Positions 41,460 through 53,604 of a stretch of 64,000 nt of DNA are shown piece after piece. This DNA comes from Candidatus Marinacidobacterales bacterium (GTDB lineage Bacteria; Acidobacteriota; Vicinamibacteria; Marinacidobacterales; SMYC01). The first letter of the stretch is position 1. The number at the start of each line of letters is the position of its first letter. Where the stretch lies: the NCBI GenBank assembly GCA_965224085.1, contig CBDCYI010000004.1, positions 544,001-608,000 on the forward strand, read 5' to 3'. A program made the translations under genes and the position numbers. The notes beneath the pieces were generated by a model. It ran no database searches and was not told the origin of the DNA. It worked only from the letters and a program-made list of their open reading frames with translations.

Positions 41460-42761
41460 TTAGAGGTCAACCCACTCGACTCCATTCGGGTACGCGAACG
41501 CCGTTCGCGACTTTTTCTTCATCGTGATGCTGTATCCGGGATGATCGGGAGCGCGATACCTTCCTTTTTCGACGACGACGGGTGCTTCGAAGTGCTCATG
41601 CAAGTGATCGACGTATTCGATCATGCGTTCTTTCATCGATCCGCTCACACAAACGTAGTCGAAGAGAGAAAGATGCTGGACGTGCTCGCAAAGACCGACG
41701 CCTCCAGCGTGCGGGCAGACTGGAACGCCGTGCTTCGCCGCCATGAGAAGCACTGCAAGCACTTCGTTCACGCCACCGAGGCGGCAACTATCGATCTGAC
41801 AAAACGCGATCGCCTCCGCTTGGAGGAGTTGTTTGAACATGACGCGGTTATGCGCATGCTCACCCGTCGCGACGCCAATGGGTTTGACCGCCCGCGCAAT
41901 TGTCGCGTGCCCGAGAACGTCGTCCGGGCTCGTCGGCTCTTCGATCCATAGCGGACGAAAAGTCTCGAGACGCTTCATCCACGAGATCGCGTCGTCGACA
42001 TCCCAGATTTGATTGGCGTCCATCATGAGTGCGTGGTCCCAGCCGATCTCATCGCGGATGAGCGCGGCGCGGCGGATGTCGTCGTCAAGGTCTCTCCCGA
42101 CCTTCATCTTGAACGCTGTCCAGCCCTCGGCGATCGCTTCTTTACACAAACGTCGGATCTTGTCATCGCTATAGCCCATCCAGCCGACCGACGTGTTGTA
42201 GGCAGGGTACCCATCCGCGAGCACAGTCTTGATACGCTCCCGTCGCGTCGGCTCGAGCGCACTCAGAAGCGTAAGCGCTTCCTCCGGCGTGACGCAATCC
42301 GTGATGTAGCGAAAATCGATGGCGCGCACGATCTCTTCGGGCGCCATGCCGCAAAGCAGCTGCCAGAGCGGCTTTTCCGCGACTTTCGCCTGGAGGTCCC
42401 AGAGCGCGTTGACGATGGCGGCCGTCGCCAAATGGACGACGCCTTTCTCCGGTCCGAGCCAGCGAAGCTGGCTGTCCCCGGTGATCTCACGCCAGAACGC
42501 GCCCCACTCCGACGTGATCGACTCGAGCTCTTGCCCGACGATCCTCGTCGCGAGCGGGTCGATCGCTTCGACGCAAAGGTCGTTGCCGCGGCCGATAGTA
42601 AAGGTCAGTCCGTGGCCCTCGTGCCCGTCGGGGTGGTCCGTCTCGAAAACGACATAGGCGGCAGAGTAGTCCGGGTCGGGATTCATCGCGTCGGAGCCAT
42701 CGGAGTCTCGCGAGGTCGGGAAACGAATGTCTTCGGTCGTAAAGCCGGTGATCCGCGTCAT
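41460..42761 (-). CDS. L-fuconate dehydratase-like enolase superfamily protein
   Basis: DIRFPTS..DGSDAMNPDPDYS, FTIGRG, KMK, DANQ, EEP, ATGE, PHAGG, VDHLHEHF. Confidence 0.9.
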   Translation of the reverse strand: MTRITGFTTEDIRFPTSRDSDGSDAMNPDPDYSAAYVVFETDHPDGHEGHGLTFTIGRGNDLCVEAIDPLATRIVGQELESITSEWGAFWREITGDSQLRWLGPEKGVVHLATAAIVNALWDLQAKVAEKPLWQLLCGMAPEEIVRAIDFRYITDCVTPEEALTLLSALEPTRRERIKTVLADGYPAYNTSVGWMGYSDDKIRRLCKEAIAEGWTAFKMKVGRDLDDDIRRAALIRDEIGWDHALMMDANQIWDVDDAISWMKRLETFRPLWIEEPTSPDDVLGHATIARAVKPIGVATGEHAHNRVMFKQLLQAEAIAFCQIDSCRLGGVNEVLAVLLMAAKHGVPVCPHAGGVGLCEHVQHLSLFDYVCVSGSMKERMIEYVDHLHEHFEAPVVVEKGRYRAPDHPGYSITMKKKSRTAFAYPNGVEWVDL

Positions 42762-43731
42762 GCCAGCTCCACTCTTCGATGGCGCCATCGATCGATCGCG
42801 ACCGCGGCGACGATGATCGTGCCCGTCACGATTTCTTGAACCCAGTTCGGAAGCCCCATCTGGGAAGTGCCCGCTCGAATAACCGTCATGATGAACGCGC
42901 CGACGAGTGTGCCGGTAACGGTTCCCTCTCCCCCCGATAGGCTTCCGCCTCCGATAACGACTGCAGCAATGACGTCGAGCTCGAGCCCCACCGCAACGGT
43001 GGGGTCCCCCACCGTGAGGCGTGAAAACTGGAGAACACCGGTAAGGCCCGCGAGCGCGCCCGTCAAAGTGTAGACGGTGACCTTCACCCTCTCGACATGA
43101 ACACCGCAAAGTCGCGCGGTCTTCTCGTTCGAACCGATCGAGAAGATGTGCGCGCCGAGCCTTGTGTAGCGTAGGACGACGGCCGTCGCGAGTGCTAAAA
43201 GAGCAAGCACCCACACTCCTGGAGGCACCAACATCCAGCGGCGGTCCGGAGGCAAAGAAGATAGAAGCTCGACGAGCCATGTGATCGGAGCATCGACTTT
43301 TTGTTCCCTGCCGAGGCCTTTCGCGACCCCGCGCACGAGAAGCAGCATGCCGAGGGTCACGATGAACGGCGCCACCTTCAACCGGGTGATGAGTGTCCCG
43401 CTCGTGAGTCCCGTCAGAGACCCGGCCAACATCGCCATGAGGATCGCCGCCGCGGGTCCGCCACCCCCGTTGAGCACGAGCGCCACGACGACCGACGTCA
43501 TCGCCACGATCGAGCCCACCGAAAGATCGATGCCGCCGAGAATGATGACGAGCGTCATACCGAGCGCCGCGGTGCCGACGATGGCGGTCTGCCTGGCGAT
43601 GGTCTCGAGCGTACGGATCGACGTAAAGCTATCGGGGCCGATGAGCGCAAAGAAGACATAGACGAGAACGAGGCCGATGAGAGGTCCGAGAGTCGAGAGC
43701 CCGAGGCTCGCCGACTTTCCACATGTCTCGC

Positions 43732-43735
<4 letters not shown>
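42758..43735 (-). CDS. sugar ABC transporter permease (RbsC-like)
   Basis: GGIDLSVGS, PFIVTLG, ELDVIAAVVIGG. Confidence 0.92.
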
Positions 43736-45188
<1,453 letters not shown>

Positions 45189-45201
<13 letters not shown>

Positions 45202-46184
45202 CTATCGACGTCGGGACGCAGAAGCTCCTGCATCCTCGGCTCGTTCATGTTGTCGCGTGTTACGAGCGTGACGCCTGTGTCGACGCGCTTTTCGATCGGC
45301 TCGCCCCGCAGATGCGCGACCATCGTCTTGACACCGAGATAGGCCATGTTCACCGGGTCTTGAAGAACGAGCGCGTCGAACTCGTCGTTCTCGAGGCCTC
45401 TGACCATCTGCTCGGAGGCGTCGAATCCGATCAGCTTCACCGAGCCGGTCAGCCCTGCATCTTGGAGCGCTCGGAGCATCCCGAAAGCCGAGCTCTCGTT
45501 GGGACAGTAGATGCCGTCGACCTCTAGAGCGCCATCCGCCGCCTCGAACCGGGCGAGTAAGTTCTCGCTCGTCTGATAAGCGAGCTCGGCGGTGGCGCCA
45601 GCATGTTGGTTCGAGCTCACAACGTTCATCGACGGATTCTCGGCCATGACGTCCATGAAGCCTTGCTCGCGCTTCATCGTGCTCGCCGAGCCCTCCTGGT
45701 AGCGGAGCATCATCACACGGCCCGAACCTCCGAGCACTTCCACCATACGCTCCCCGGCGAGCCGGCCGCCCTTGTAGTTGTCGGTGGCGACGAAGCTCAC
45801 ATAGTCGTCGCTGTCGAGCCCGGAGTCGATGATGACGACCGGGATCCCGCTCCGCATGGCGTTCGTAACCGGAAGCCGGAGCGCTTTGTCGTCGGTAGGG
45901 GCCAGCACGATACCGGAAACACCGCGGCTTATGAACGTCTCCACTTCCGCGATTTGAGCTTCGCGATCGTCCTCGCGCCCGGGCCCTTTCCAGATGACTT
46001 CGACGTCGAGCTCGACGGAAGCTTTCACCGCACCCGCATGAACGGCTTTCCAGAAAGAGTGCGTGGTGCCTTTGGGAATGACGGCGATGGTTGGTGTGTC
46101 GTCTTCAGGCGCGTCACTCTCACTCTGACAGCCAAGTGCCGCAAGAAGGGTGCAAAGGATGAGGGCTTTAACGCGCATCAACAT
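45189..46184 (-). CDS. sugar ABC transporter substrate-binding lipoprotein
   Basis: Lipobox ALGC, IAVIPK, VATDN..GG, VLQDP. Confidence 0.92.
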
Positions 46185-47031
46185 CGGTCGGTGCCTCCAG
46201 GTTGTAGAAATCGATAGCGTTCCCGCCAAGGACCGCCGCTTTGTCCGCATCGGACAAGGTCGAGATGTACTGATGGACGATGTCCATCACTTCCAAATAG
46301 GTCGCCGAAAGAGTGCAGACGGGCCAATCGGATCCTATGAGGATGCGCCGGGCGCCGAAAGCTTCGAAGACGACATCGAGATAAGGCGTGAAGTCGTCAA
46401 GCTTCCACCCATGCCATTCGGTCTCGGTGACCATCCCTGAGACTTTGCAATAAAGGTTTTGGTGCTGGGCGAGTTTTTCGACGTAGCCGGCCCAAGGCTC
46501 GAGCTCGCGCCGGCCGATATGAGGCTTCGCGATATGGTCGAGTACGAAGCGATGATCGGGAAACCGCTCGACAAATTCGAGAGTTGCGGGGAGCTGGGTC
46601 GGATAGATGAGCACGTCGTAGGTCAGATCGTGCTCCTTCAAGAGCGCCACACCGCGAAGAAAATCCTCACGAAGAAGGAAGTAATCGTCGGGCTCGTCCT
46701 GTACTACGTGGCGCGCGCCGACGAAACGCTCACGGGCGCCGAACCGCTCGAGCTGGGCTTGGGCGTCTTCTGAGCACAAATCCACCCAGCCGACGACGCC
46801 GAGCACGGAGTCGGTCGTGTCCGCGAGCCGTAGCAGATACTCCGTCTCTTCGACGCTTTGCCGAGCTTGAACGGCCACCGAGCCCCCGATGCCCGTCGCA
46901 TCGAGATGTGGCTTCAAATCGGCCGGTCCGAAATCCCGCTTCAGAACGTGCATGCGCTCGTCGATCCAATCGTACTCGGAGGGGATGTACTTCCAAAAGT
47001 GCTGATGAGCGTCAATGCGCATGGGCTCCAT
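46168..47031 (-). CDS. amidohydrolase_2, L-fuconolactonase-like
   Basis: IDAHQHFW, VLDHIAKP, KVSG, GSDWP; first gene of the fuconate dehydratase operon. Confidence 0.88.
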   Translation of the reverse strand: MEPMRIDAHQHFWKYIPSEYDWIDERMHVLKRDFGPADLKPHLDATGIGGSVAVQARQSVEETEYLLRLADTTDSVLGVVGWVDLCSEDAQAQLERFGARERFVGARHVVQDEPDDYFLLREDFLRGVALLKEHDLTYDVLIYPTQLPATLEFVERFPDHRFVLDHIAKPHIGRRELEPWAGYVEKLAQHQNLYCKVSGMVTETEWHGWKLDDFTPYLDVVFEAFGARRILIGSDWPVCTLSATYLEVMDIVHQYISTLSDADKAAVLGGNAIDFYNLEAPTDVDAR

Positions 47032-47051
47032 ACTATAAGATTGGGGCACCC

Positions 47052-47981
47052 ATGATGGAGCAAGCCGAGAACCTACGCGATGTCATCCGGGAAACGACAC
47101 TCCTCGAGCCGCGACGCCTCGCCGACCGACTCGGAATTTCGCTCCATCTTGCGAGCGAGACGTTCCAGCATACGGGAAGCTTCAAGTTCCGCGCTGGGTA
47201 CAACCTCGCCGCGCTCGTCGAAGAGCGCATGATCCTGACCGCGTCGTCGGGGAACTTTGGCCAGGCGCTCGCTTACGCGGCAAAGCTTCTCGACAAGGAC
47301 GCCATCATCGTCATGCCGGAAACGTCGGCGCAGGTGAAAATGGACGCCGTGCGCGAGCACGGTGGCACGATCGTGCCGGTCGACGTGACGGTGAAAAGCC
47401 GGGAGGAGGGGGTCGCAGAGCTTTCCGCCAAGCACCCCGACGCCTTTGTCGCGAGCGCCTATAACGACCCGCGCGTCATCGATGGGAATGCGACGCTCGG
47501 CCAGGAGCTTGCGACGCATGACTTCGACGTTGTCGTCGTGCCGGTCGGAGGCGGAGGTCTGAGCTCGGGGATCGTCAAAGGCCTTCGTGAAGCTGGCAAT
47601 CCACGCACTCGGGTCGTCGGCGCCGAGCCGCTTCTCGGAAACGACGCCGCGCGGTCTCTCCGCGCCGGACACATCGTCACGAACGAAAAAGAGCCGCTCA
47701 CGATCGCCGACGGCGCACGCACCGTGAGCCTGGGCGAGAATAACTGGAAGATTCTCAAGGACGGCCTCGAGACGATCGTCGAAGTTCCCGAAGACGACAT
47801 CACGGAGGCGCTGAGGCTTCTGTTCTCCTACGCCAACCTCAAAGTGGAGCCCACGGGCGCACTCAGCGTCGGCGCGCTCCTCACACAACCGGATCGTTTC
47901 CGCGACCGGTCGGTGTGTTGCGTCGTCACCGGAGGCAACGTGGACCCCGACGTTTATCGACGATTGTTAGCCCGTGACTGA
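47052..47981 (+). CDS. PLP-dependent threonine/serine dehydratase family protein
   Basis: GSFKFR, SSGNF, PVGGGGL, TGGN. Confidence 0.9.
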   Translation: MMEQAENLRDVIRETTLLEPRRLADRLGISLHLASETFQHTGSFKFRAGYNLAALVEERMILTASSGNFGQALAYAAKLLDKDAIIVMPETSAQVKMDAVREHGGTIVPVDVTVKSREEGVAELSAKHPDAFVASAYNDPRVIDGNATLGQELATHDFDVVVVPVGGGGLSSGIVKGLREAGNPRTRVVGAEPLLGNDAARSLRAGHIVTNEKEPLTIADGARTVSLGENNWKILKDGLETIVEVPEDDITEALRLLFSYANLKVEPTGALSVGALLTQPDRFRDRSVCCVVTGGNVDPDVYRRLLARD

Positions 47982-48864
47982 AATCCTCGAGCTCGGGATC
48001 GATATTATCCAGTGGCTCGAAGGCTTTCGCTCGCCGCTTTTGAACCAGTTCTTTTTCGCTGTCACGGATATCGGCTCCACCGCCGGTTATCTCGTGATGC
48101 TCCCGATCCTTTGGTGGGCTTTCTCGTGGAAGCTCGGGGCCCGGCTATTCGTTGGGCTGGTGCTGAGTGTCTACATCAACACGCTCATCAAAGATCTCGT
48201 GGCACTCCACCGCCCGTTCGTCTATGCGGACATCGCTAATTTGCGAGCGCCCGGTGAGTTCAGCTTCCCGAGCGGCCACGCCCAACAGGCGGCGGTCTTT
48301 TGGGGTCTACTCGCACTCCACTTCAAGAAACCCTGGTTCGCGGTCGTCGCCACGCTGAGTATTTTCCTGATCGGATTTTCGCGCGTCTATCTCGGGGCTC
48401 ACTTTCCTAGCGACGTGCTCGCGGGATGGACCCTCGGCGCCGCGATCGCCTGGGGTTATGCGCGATGGTCGAATACGCTCGCGGAGAAAACGGCCGGCCT
48501 GAGCTTGAGCGCCCAAGTGCTCTTGGCACTGGGCGCTCCCATAGCACTCGCCCTCTTGCACCCGTCGAGAAACACGGCGCTCGCCATGGGCGGCCTCGCT
48601 GGGGCCCTCGGAGGCCTCGTCTTCGCATACCACGAAGGCCTTTATCCAGAAGGCGGGCAGGCCAAAAGCCGCCGCGCGTGGCTCGTCATCGGCCTCTTGG
48701 GCCTTCCCGTCATTTACTTTGTGCTTCAGAAGCTCTCGCCGGCGGAAGACGCCTCGTACTACTACCTCTATTTATGGTTGCGCTTCGCCGCTATCGGCCT
48801 CTGGGTGAGCTTCCTCGTGCCGCGCATCGTTGCGGTCATTCGAGACAGGAGGGCCCACGCATGA
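47974..48864 (+). CDS. PAP2-family membrane phosphatase
   Basis: K......RP, FPSGH, SRVYLGAHFPSD. Confidence 0.9.
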   Translation: MTEILELGIDIIQWLEGFRSPLLNQFFFAVTDIGSTAGYLVMLPILWWAFSWKLGARLFVGLVLSVYINTLIKDLVALHRPFVYADIANLRAPGEFSFPSGHAQQAAVFWGLLALHFKKPWFAVVATLSIFLIGFSRVYLGAHFPSDVLAGWTLGAAIAWGYARWSNTLAEKTAGLSLSAQVLLALGAPIALALLHPSRNTALAMGGLAGALGGLVFAYHEGLYPEGGQAKSRRAWLVIGLLGLPVIYFVLQKLSPAEDASYYYLYLWLRFAAIGLWVSFLVPRIVAVIRDRRAHA

Positions 48865-49352
48865 AAACGCTCATGCTCTTGCGCCACGGCAAATCGAGCT
48901 GGAAAGACGAGGGCATCTCAGACCACGACCGTCCTCTGAACAAGCGCGGAAAGAAAACCGCACCGATGATGGGGCACCTCATTCTCGAAAAGCAGCTCGT
49001 GCCGGACCTCATCTTGTCGTCCACGGCTGTCCGCGCGCGAACTACGGCTGAAGCCGTGGCCGAAGCGTGCAACTACAAGAACACGATCGAGCACGTCGAG
49101 GAGCTCTACCTAGCGACCGCGGGTGAACTCCTCTTCCAAGCACAGAGCCGCGTTGACGATGGCATCGACCGCGTGATGCTCGTCGCCCACAATCCGGGAA
49201 TGGAAGATCTGGTCAGCAGGCTTTCCGGCCATCCCGAGCCCTTTCCCACCGCCGCGCTCGCGGTCTTCGAGCTCCGCATCGAAAGCTGGCGGGCCTTAGA
49301 GCTAGGCGTCGAGACATCGCTTCTGCATCTATGGCGTCCGAGAGAGCTCTAG
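48861..49352 (+). CDS. SixA-like histidine phosphatase
   Basis: LLRHGKS, DHDRPL, RARTT, HNP; ATGA overlap with upstream stop. Confidence 0.88.
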   Translation: MKTLMLLRHGKSSWKDEGISDHDRPLNKRGKKTAPMMGHLILEKQLVPDLILSSTAVRARTTAEAVAEACNYKNTIEHVEELYLATAGELLFQAQSRVDDGIDRVMLVAHNPGMEDLVSRLSGHPEPFPTAALAVFELRIESWRALELGVETSLLHLWRPREL

Positions 49353-49425
49353 TGACGAAACGGTCATGGGAAGCCGAACGACTTAGTGGTCGGCTCGTGC
49401 TCCATGGTGGCGAGCCCCAATTGAT

Positions 49426-51339
49426 CTACTCCTTTAGCTTCTCCTCCAAAAGCTCGCTCGCGATGTCCATGAAATCCCGCTCTGTAACGATCCCGATGAG
49501 ACGTCCGTCTTTGACGACCGGAAGACTGCCAATCGACTTCCCCTTCAGTAGAGCGACCGCCTCGAGCGTCGTCGTCTCCGGCTCCACCGTCACGAGGTCG
49601 CGTTTCATCACTTCGCTCACAGGAATCGGATCTTCGCGCGTGCCGAACTCGCCCTGCGCCAACAGATGGATGAGTGACCGGTAGGACACTAGTCCCACCA
49701 ACCGATGTTCATGATCTTCCACGGGTACGTGGCGGATCTTCTCCCAGTCCATGAGACTCGCAACCAGGTCGATCGGCTCGTCCTCGTTCACCGTATAGAG
49801 GTCCGTGGTCATGAACTGCTCCACCATCAGGTAGTGGTTCTTCCATCCGCCGGCCTCTTCGAGCGATGCTGCGTGCCATTCCGTCACGGGTCGTCCCTCC
49901 TTTTGCTGGCTCACCATGGAGGCGGTAAGCGCGCTCATGCGCTCGCCGTCGGTGCCTTTTCCTTTCATCGCGGCCAGCGAGTTGTGAAACCACTGTGCTC
50001 CCGTCTTTTTCGTTTCCACGCGCTTTTCGATGGCACCGATATAACGGTCGATGTCCGCCTGGTCGATGTTCGAGCTCTCGAGACCGCTCCGCGCCATTGG
50101 CAATAGCTCTTTCGACAAGAGCTCGCGCGCGGGGCACTCGCGCCCGTCGAACCAAGTGAACTCGGACGCGAGCCCGTTTACGGCCGCCGCGGTAAAGTTC
50201 GAGTGCGCGTCCTCGAACTCCATCACTTTCGTCACGTCATCGATATCTCGCGCAAACGCGCTCACAAGACCAAACCAGAGGGCGGCGTTGGCCACTTCAT
50301 CGACGATCGTCGGGCCTGAAGGCACGTAACGGTTCTCGATACGCAGATGCGGTTTGTCGCCGGTAATGCCGTAGCACGGCCGGTTCCAGCGATAGACCGT
50401 CCCGTTGTGAAGCCTTAAGGCCTTGAGCTCGGGGGGACGGCCCGCGCGGATCTCGGCGAAGGGGTCTTCGTCGAGGTCTCCGCCGAGCAATATCTTGAAG
50501 CGCGCGATGTCCTCACGAAAGAGCTCCGTCGCCGACTCCTTCACCCATTGGCGCCCGAAGCTCACCCGGGGACGCCGCTCGCGGAGATCGTGGCTCGTAC
50601 TGCGAGTGTCGACCGCTTGCTGGAAGAGAGCGATGCGCGTCTCCCGCCACAACCGTCTTCCGAAAAGGAGCGGCGAGTTCGTACAGGCCGCGAGGACGGG
50701 CGCCGCCACCGCCTGCGCGATGTTGTAGAGTCTCGCGAACTCGTTCGCGGTAACTTGAAAGTGCACCTGAAAGCTCGTGTTGCACGATTCGAGCATCACC
50801 GAATCGTGCTTCACGATGAGCTCGTCCATTCCCTTGATTTGGAAGTCGTAGGAGCCCCCGCGCAGCTTGTTCATCGCGCGGTTGAGCGCGAAGTAGCGCG
50901 GCACGGGAGCCATGTTGTCGAGGCCGAGGTCGGACTTTCGAAGCGTCGGCAAAATGCCGCAAAGGGCGATCTCGCCTCCGCAATCCCGCGCGCCGCGGCG
51001 TGCGAGGCCCACCAGCTCGTTCAGCTGCGCTTCGATCTGTGAGAGACAGCCCTTCCCGAAGACGACGGGGTCGAGATTCCCCTCCAGGTTGAACTTCGCG
51101 AGCTCTGTAGTGAATCGAGGATCTTCGATGGTGGCGAGCACTTCAGTCGCGATCGGAGCTGGGCGCCAACCAGCCCCGACGAGGAACATCTCTTGCTCCG
51201 CGCCCACGCGGCGGACGCCGGACTCGATCCAGTCATCCTCGATCATCCGCTCGAGCGCCCTCAGGTCGTCGAGAAGATTTCGCATGAACAGACGCAGCTG
51301 CTCAGGCGAAATGTCGTCCTGCACCTGATGGTCCCCCAT
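49426..51339 (-). CDS. glutamate-cysteine ligase (GCS2)-family protein with C-terminal CBS pair
   Basis: GAEQE, TEL..FNLE, SFQVH, NSP, WNRP, RIENR; two CBS repeats in the last ~130 aa. Confidence 0.85.
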   Translation of the reverse strand: MGDHQVQDDISPEQLRLFMRNLLDDLRALERMIEDDWIESGVRRVGAEQEMFLVGAGWRPAPIATEVLATIEDPRFTTELAKFNLEGNLDPVVFGKGCLSQIEAQLNELVGLARRGARDCGGEIALCGILPTLRKSDLGLDNMAPVPRYFALNRAMNKLRGGSYDFQIKGMDELIVKHDSVMLESCNTSFQVHFQVTANEFARLYNIAQAVAAPVLAACTNSPLLFGRRLWRETRIALFQQAVDTRSTSHDLRERRPRVSFGRQWVKESATELFREDIARFKILLGGDLDEDPFAEIRAGRPPELKALRLHNGTVYRWNRPCYGITGDKPHLRIENRYVPSGPTIVDEVANAALWFGLVSAFARDIDDVTKVMEFEDAHSNFTAAAVNGLASEFTWFDGRECPARELLSKELLPMARSGLESSNIDQADIDRYIGAIEKRVETKKTGAQWFHNSLAAMKGKGTDGERMSALTASMVSQQKEGRPVTEWHAASLEEAGGWKNHYLMVEQFMTTDLYTVNEDEPIDLVASLMDWEKIRHVPVEDHEHRLVGLVSYRSLIHLLAQGEFGTREDPIPVSEVMKRDLVTVEPETTTLEAVALLKGKSIGSLPVVKDGRLIGIVTERDFMDIASELLEEKLKE

Positions 51340-51588
51340 GAGCGCCCCTTTTCAGTAGGCCATTCTACGGGAACGTTCAAGGCATATTCAAAACAACCTC
51401 AGCCACGGCCGGGGACCCCGCATAAGTGACGATGAAAACGAGCGCCGCGACGACCATCAAACGGAGACCCGCTGCTTGAATGTTTTTATCTCGCTCTCGC
51501 TCACCGAACACCCATCCATTCTGAAGCGATCGTCAAGCCGCCGGCCATTTCCCCCACGCGGCGCATCATATAGTACGCTCCTTCGACA

Positions 51589-51735
51589 ATAACAAAAGCT
51601 ACGCGTGTGGGGATTGTTGGCCTGGGTCCCATGAGCGGTGGAATGCGAAAGCGGCTCGACGGTGAAGGGTGGATGGTCTCGGGCTTCGACATCAATGCGA
51701 GTCGGAGCGAGCACGCCGCCATCCAGGCGCTATGT
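51589..51735 (+). pseudogene. N-terminal relic of NAD(P)-dependent (3-hydroxyisobutyrate DH-like) oxidoreductase
   Basis: RVGIVGLGPMSGGM..RL...G..V.GFDIN Rossmann start; no start codon or continuation. Confidence 0.5.
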
Positions 51736-51955
51736 TCTGTTTCGGACGTTCGTGCTTGAGGTCCATGAACTCTGTCCCGATCAGATAGGCGTTAGAACGG
51801 GATGACCGTGAGCTAGAAATGCATCTTCCCGAGCGTCTCGTTCAGCTTGCGGCCGAAGAAGGAGGGGCGTTGGACGTTCGTTTCGCACGATGGGAAGCTC
51901 CAACAGTAGACCCGTCGGATGAGAAGAAGATAGAATCTCTCCCCGAGGCAATGGG

Positions 51956-52534
51956 ATGGCCGAGAGATTGGACGCGCCTTCCGATCCAAAACGAAAAGAT
52001 TTTCTATCTAACTTGACGAACGTGGCGATGTTTGCCGGGCTCGTGACCGCCTACGGCACCCTCGCCGCCATCATGGGGCGGTTCCTCTATCCCGCCCGTC
52101 CATCGCCGAGAGGCTGGATGTTCGTGAGCGACATCGCAAGCCTCCAGAGAGGCACGTCGTTTTCCTTCCGCACGCCGTCGGGCGAAGCGGTGAACATCAC
52201 GCGACGCGGCGGCGGCACGGCCGCCGAAAACTTCGCCGCGCTCTCGAGCGTCTGCCCACATCTCGGATGCCAAGTGCACTGGGAGGCCGCAAACGAGCGC
52301 TACTTTTGCCCGTGCCACAACGGCGTCTTTTCCCCCGAGGGTATTGCGACCGCGGGGCCCCCGGCCGACGCTGGGCAAGCGCTCATCGAATATCCGCTCA
52401 AGATAGAGGGGGCCCTCCTGTTCATCGAAGTCGCGTTGACGGAGGTAGCCATTGGCCCCGGGCGCCTCGAGCCGATCCCCGGCCCTCCGGGTCCCGGTCA
52501 CGACCCCTGTCTCTACGATCGGAAAAACGCTTGA
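51956..52534 (+). CDS. Rieske 2Fe-2S subunit of a Rieske/cytochrome b complex
   Basis: Tat-like KRKDFL + TM helix, CPHLGC, CPCHNG. Confidence 0.9.
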   Translation: MAERLDAPSDPKRKDFLSNLTNVAMFAGLVTAYGTLAAIMGRFLYPARPSPRGWMFVSDIASLQRGTSFSFRTPSGEAVNITRRGGGTAAENFAALSSVCPHLGCQVHWEAANERYFCPCHNGVFSPEGIATAGPPADAGQALIEYPLKIEGALLFIEVALTEVAIGPGRLEPIPGPPGPGHDPCLYDRKNA

Positions 52535-53587
52535 CCTCACTCGTCTCGTGGATTCAGGACCGGTTGCCGGCCTCGCCCGGCGCTTTGCGCGAGCTCACGA
52601 ACGAGCCCGTCCCGAACCATCTGAAGAAGTGGTGGTTCGCGCTCGGGGGTACGCCGGCCTATCTCTTCATCGTCCAGATCGCGACCGGCATCTTGCTCGC
52701 CGTGTATTACGAGTCGAGCACGATTACCGCGTACGAGTCGGTCCGCGCCATCACCAACGATGTCTCTTATGGATGGTTTCTGCGAAGCCTTCACAAATGG
52801 GGCGCCACGCTCATGATCGCCGCGGTCATCCTCCATCAGATGCGCGTCTACTTCACCGGCGCCTATCGAAAGCCCCGCGAAATCAATTGGATGGTCGGGA
52901 TGACCATCCTCATCTCTGTTCTGATGCTGGGTTTCACCGGCTATAGCCTCGTCTATGAACAGCTGAGCTATTGGGGCGCCACCGTCGCGGCCAACATCAC
53001 CGGGAGCGTCCCCGTCGTGGGCGATTTCTTGCGGACGCTCCTCCTCGGCGGGGGACACCTATAGCCGTCACACATTGCCGCGATTCTTCATCCTCCACGC
53101 AGCGGTCCTCCCGGTCGCGCTCATTCTTCTGCTCGTCGTGCACATCGCGATCATTCGATTGCAAGGCGTGACGGAGCTTCAGTTCGAGGAAGAGAGCGAA
53201 AAACGCGAACAGGACAAGCACTTCAATTTCTTCCCCGACCATATGTACACGGAGCTCATCGTCGGCTTGTTCTTGATGATTCTACTGAGTGTGCTCGCGA
53301 CAATATTCCCCGCCACCGTCGGCGAGAAAGCAAACCCGCTGGTCACGCCGGAGGTAATCAAGCCGGAGTGGTTTTTCTACGTCACGTTTCGATGGCTCAA
53401 GCTCTTTTCGGGGACCTTCGCTGTCGTCTCGACGGGATTCATCGTCTTCATTATGTTCGGTTGGCCTTTCATCGACGACTGGATTCGCAGGAAAACACGA
53501 TTCACGGAAGCCAGTGTCTGGATAGGCATTCTCGCCGTACTCACTATCATCGGGATGACCGTCTGGGAAGCTTTGGTCGCGCACTAG
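52531..53587 (+). CDS. cytochrome b (b6 + subunit IV fused); +1 frameshift in G run at 53050-53054
   Basis: RSLH...LH, GAYRKPREINW, FFILH...VH, FFPDH, IKPEWFF; removing one G restores GGDTYSRHTLPRF. Confidence 0.88.
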
Positions 53588-53604
53588 CCGGGGGCGCTCA
53601 CGCA

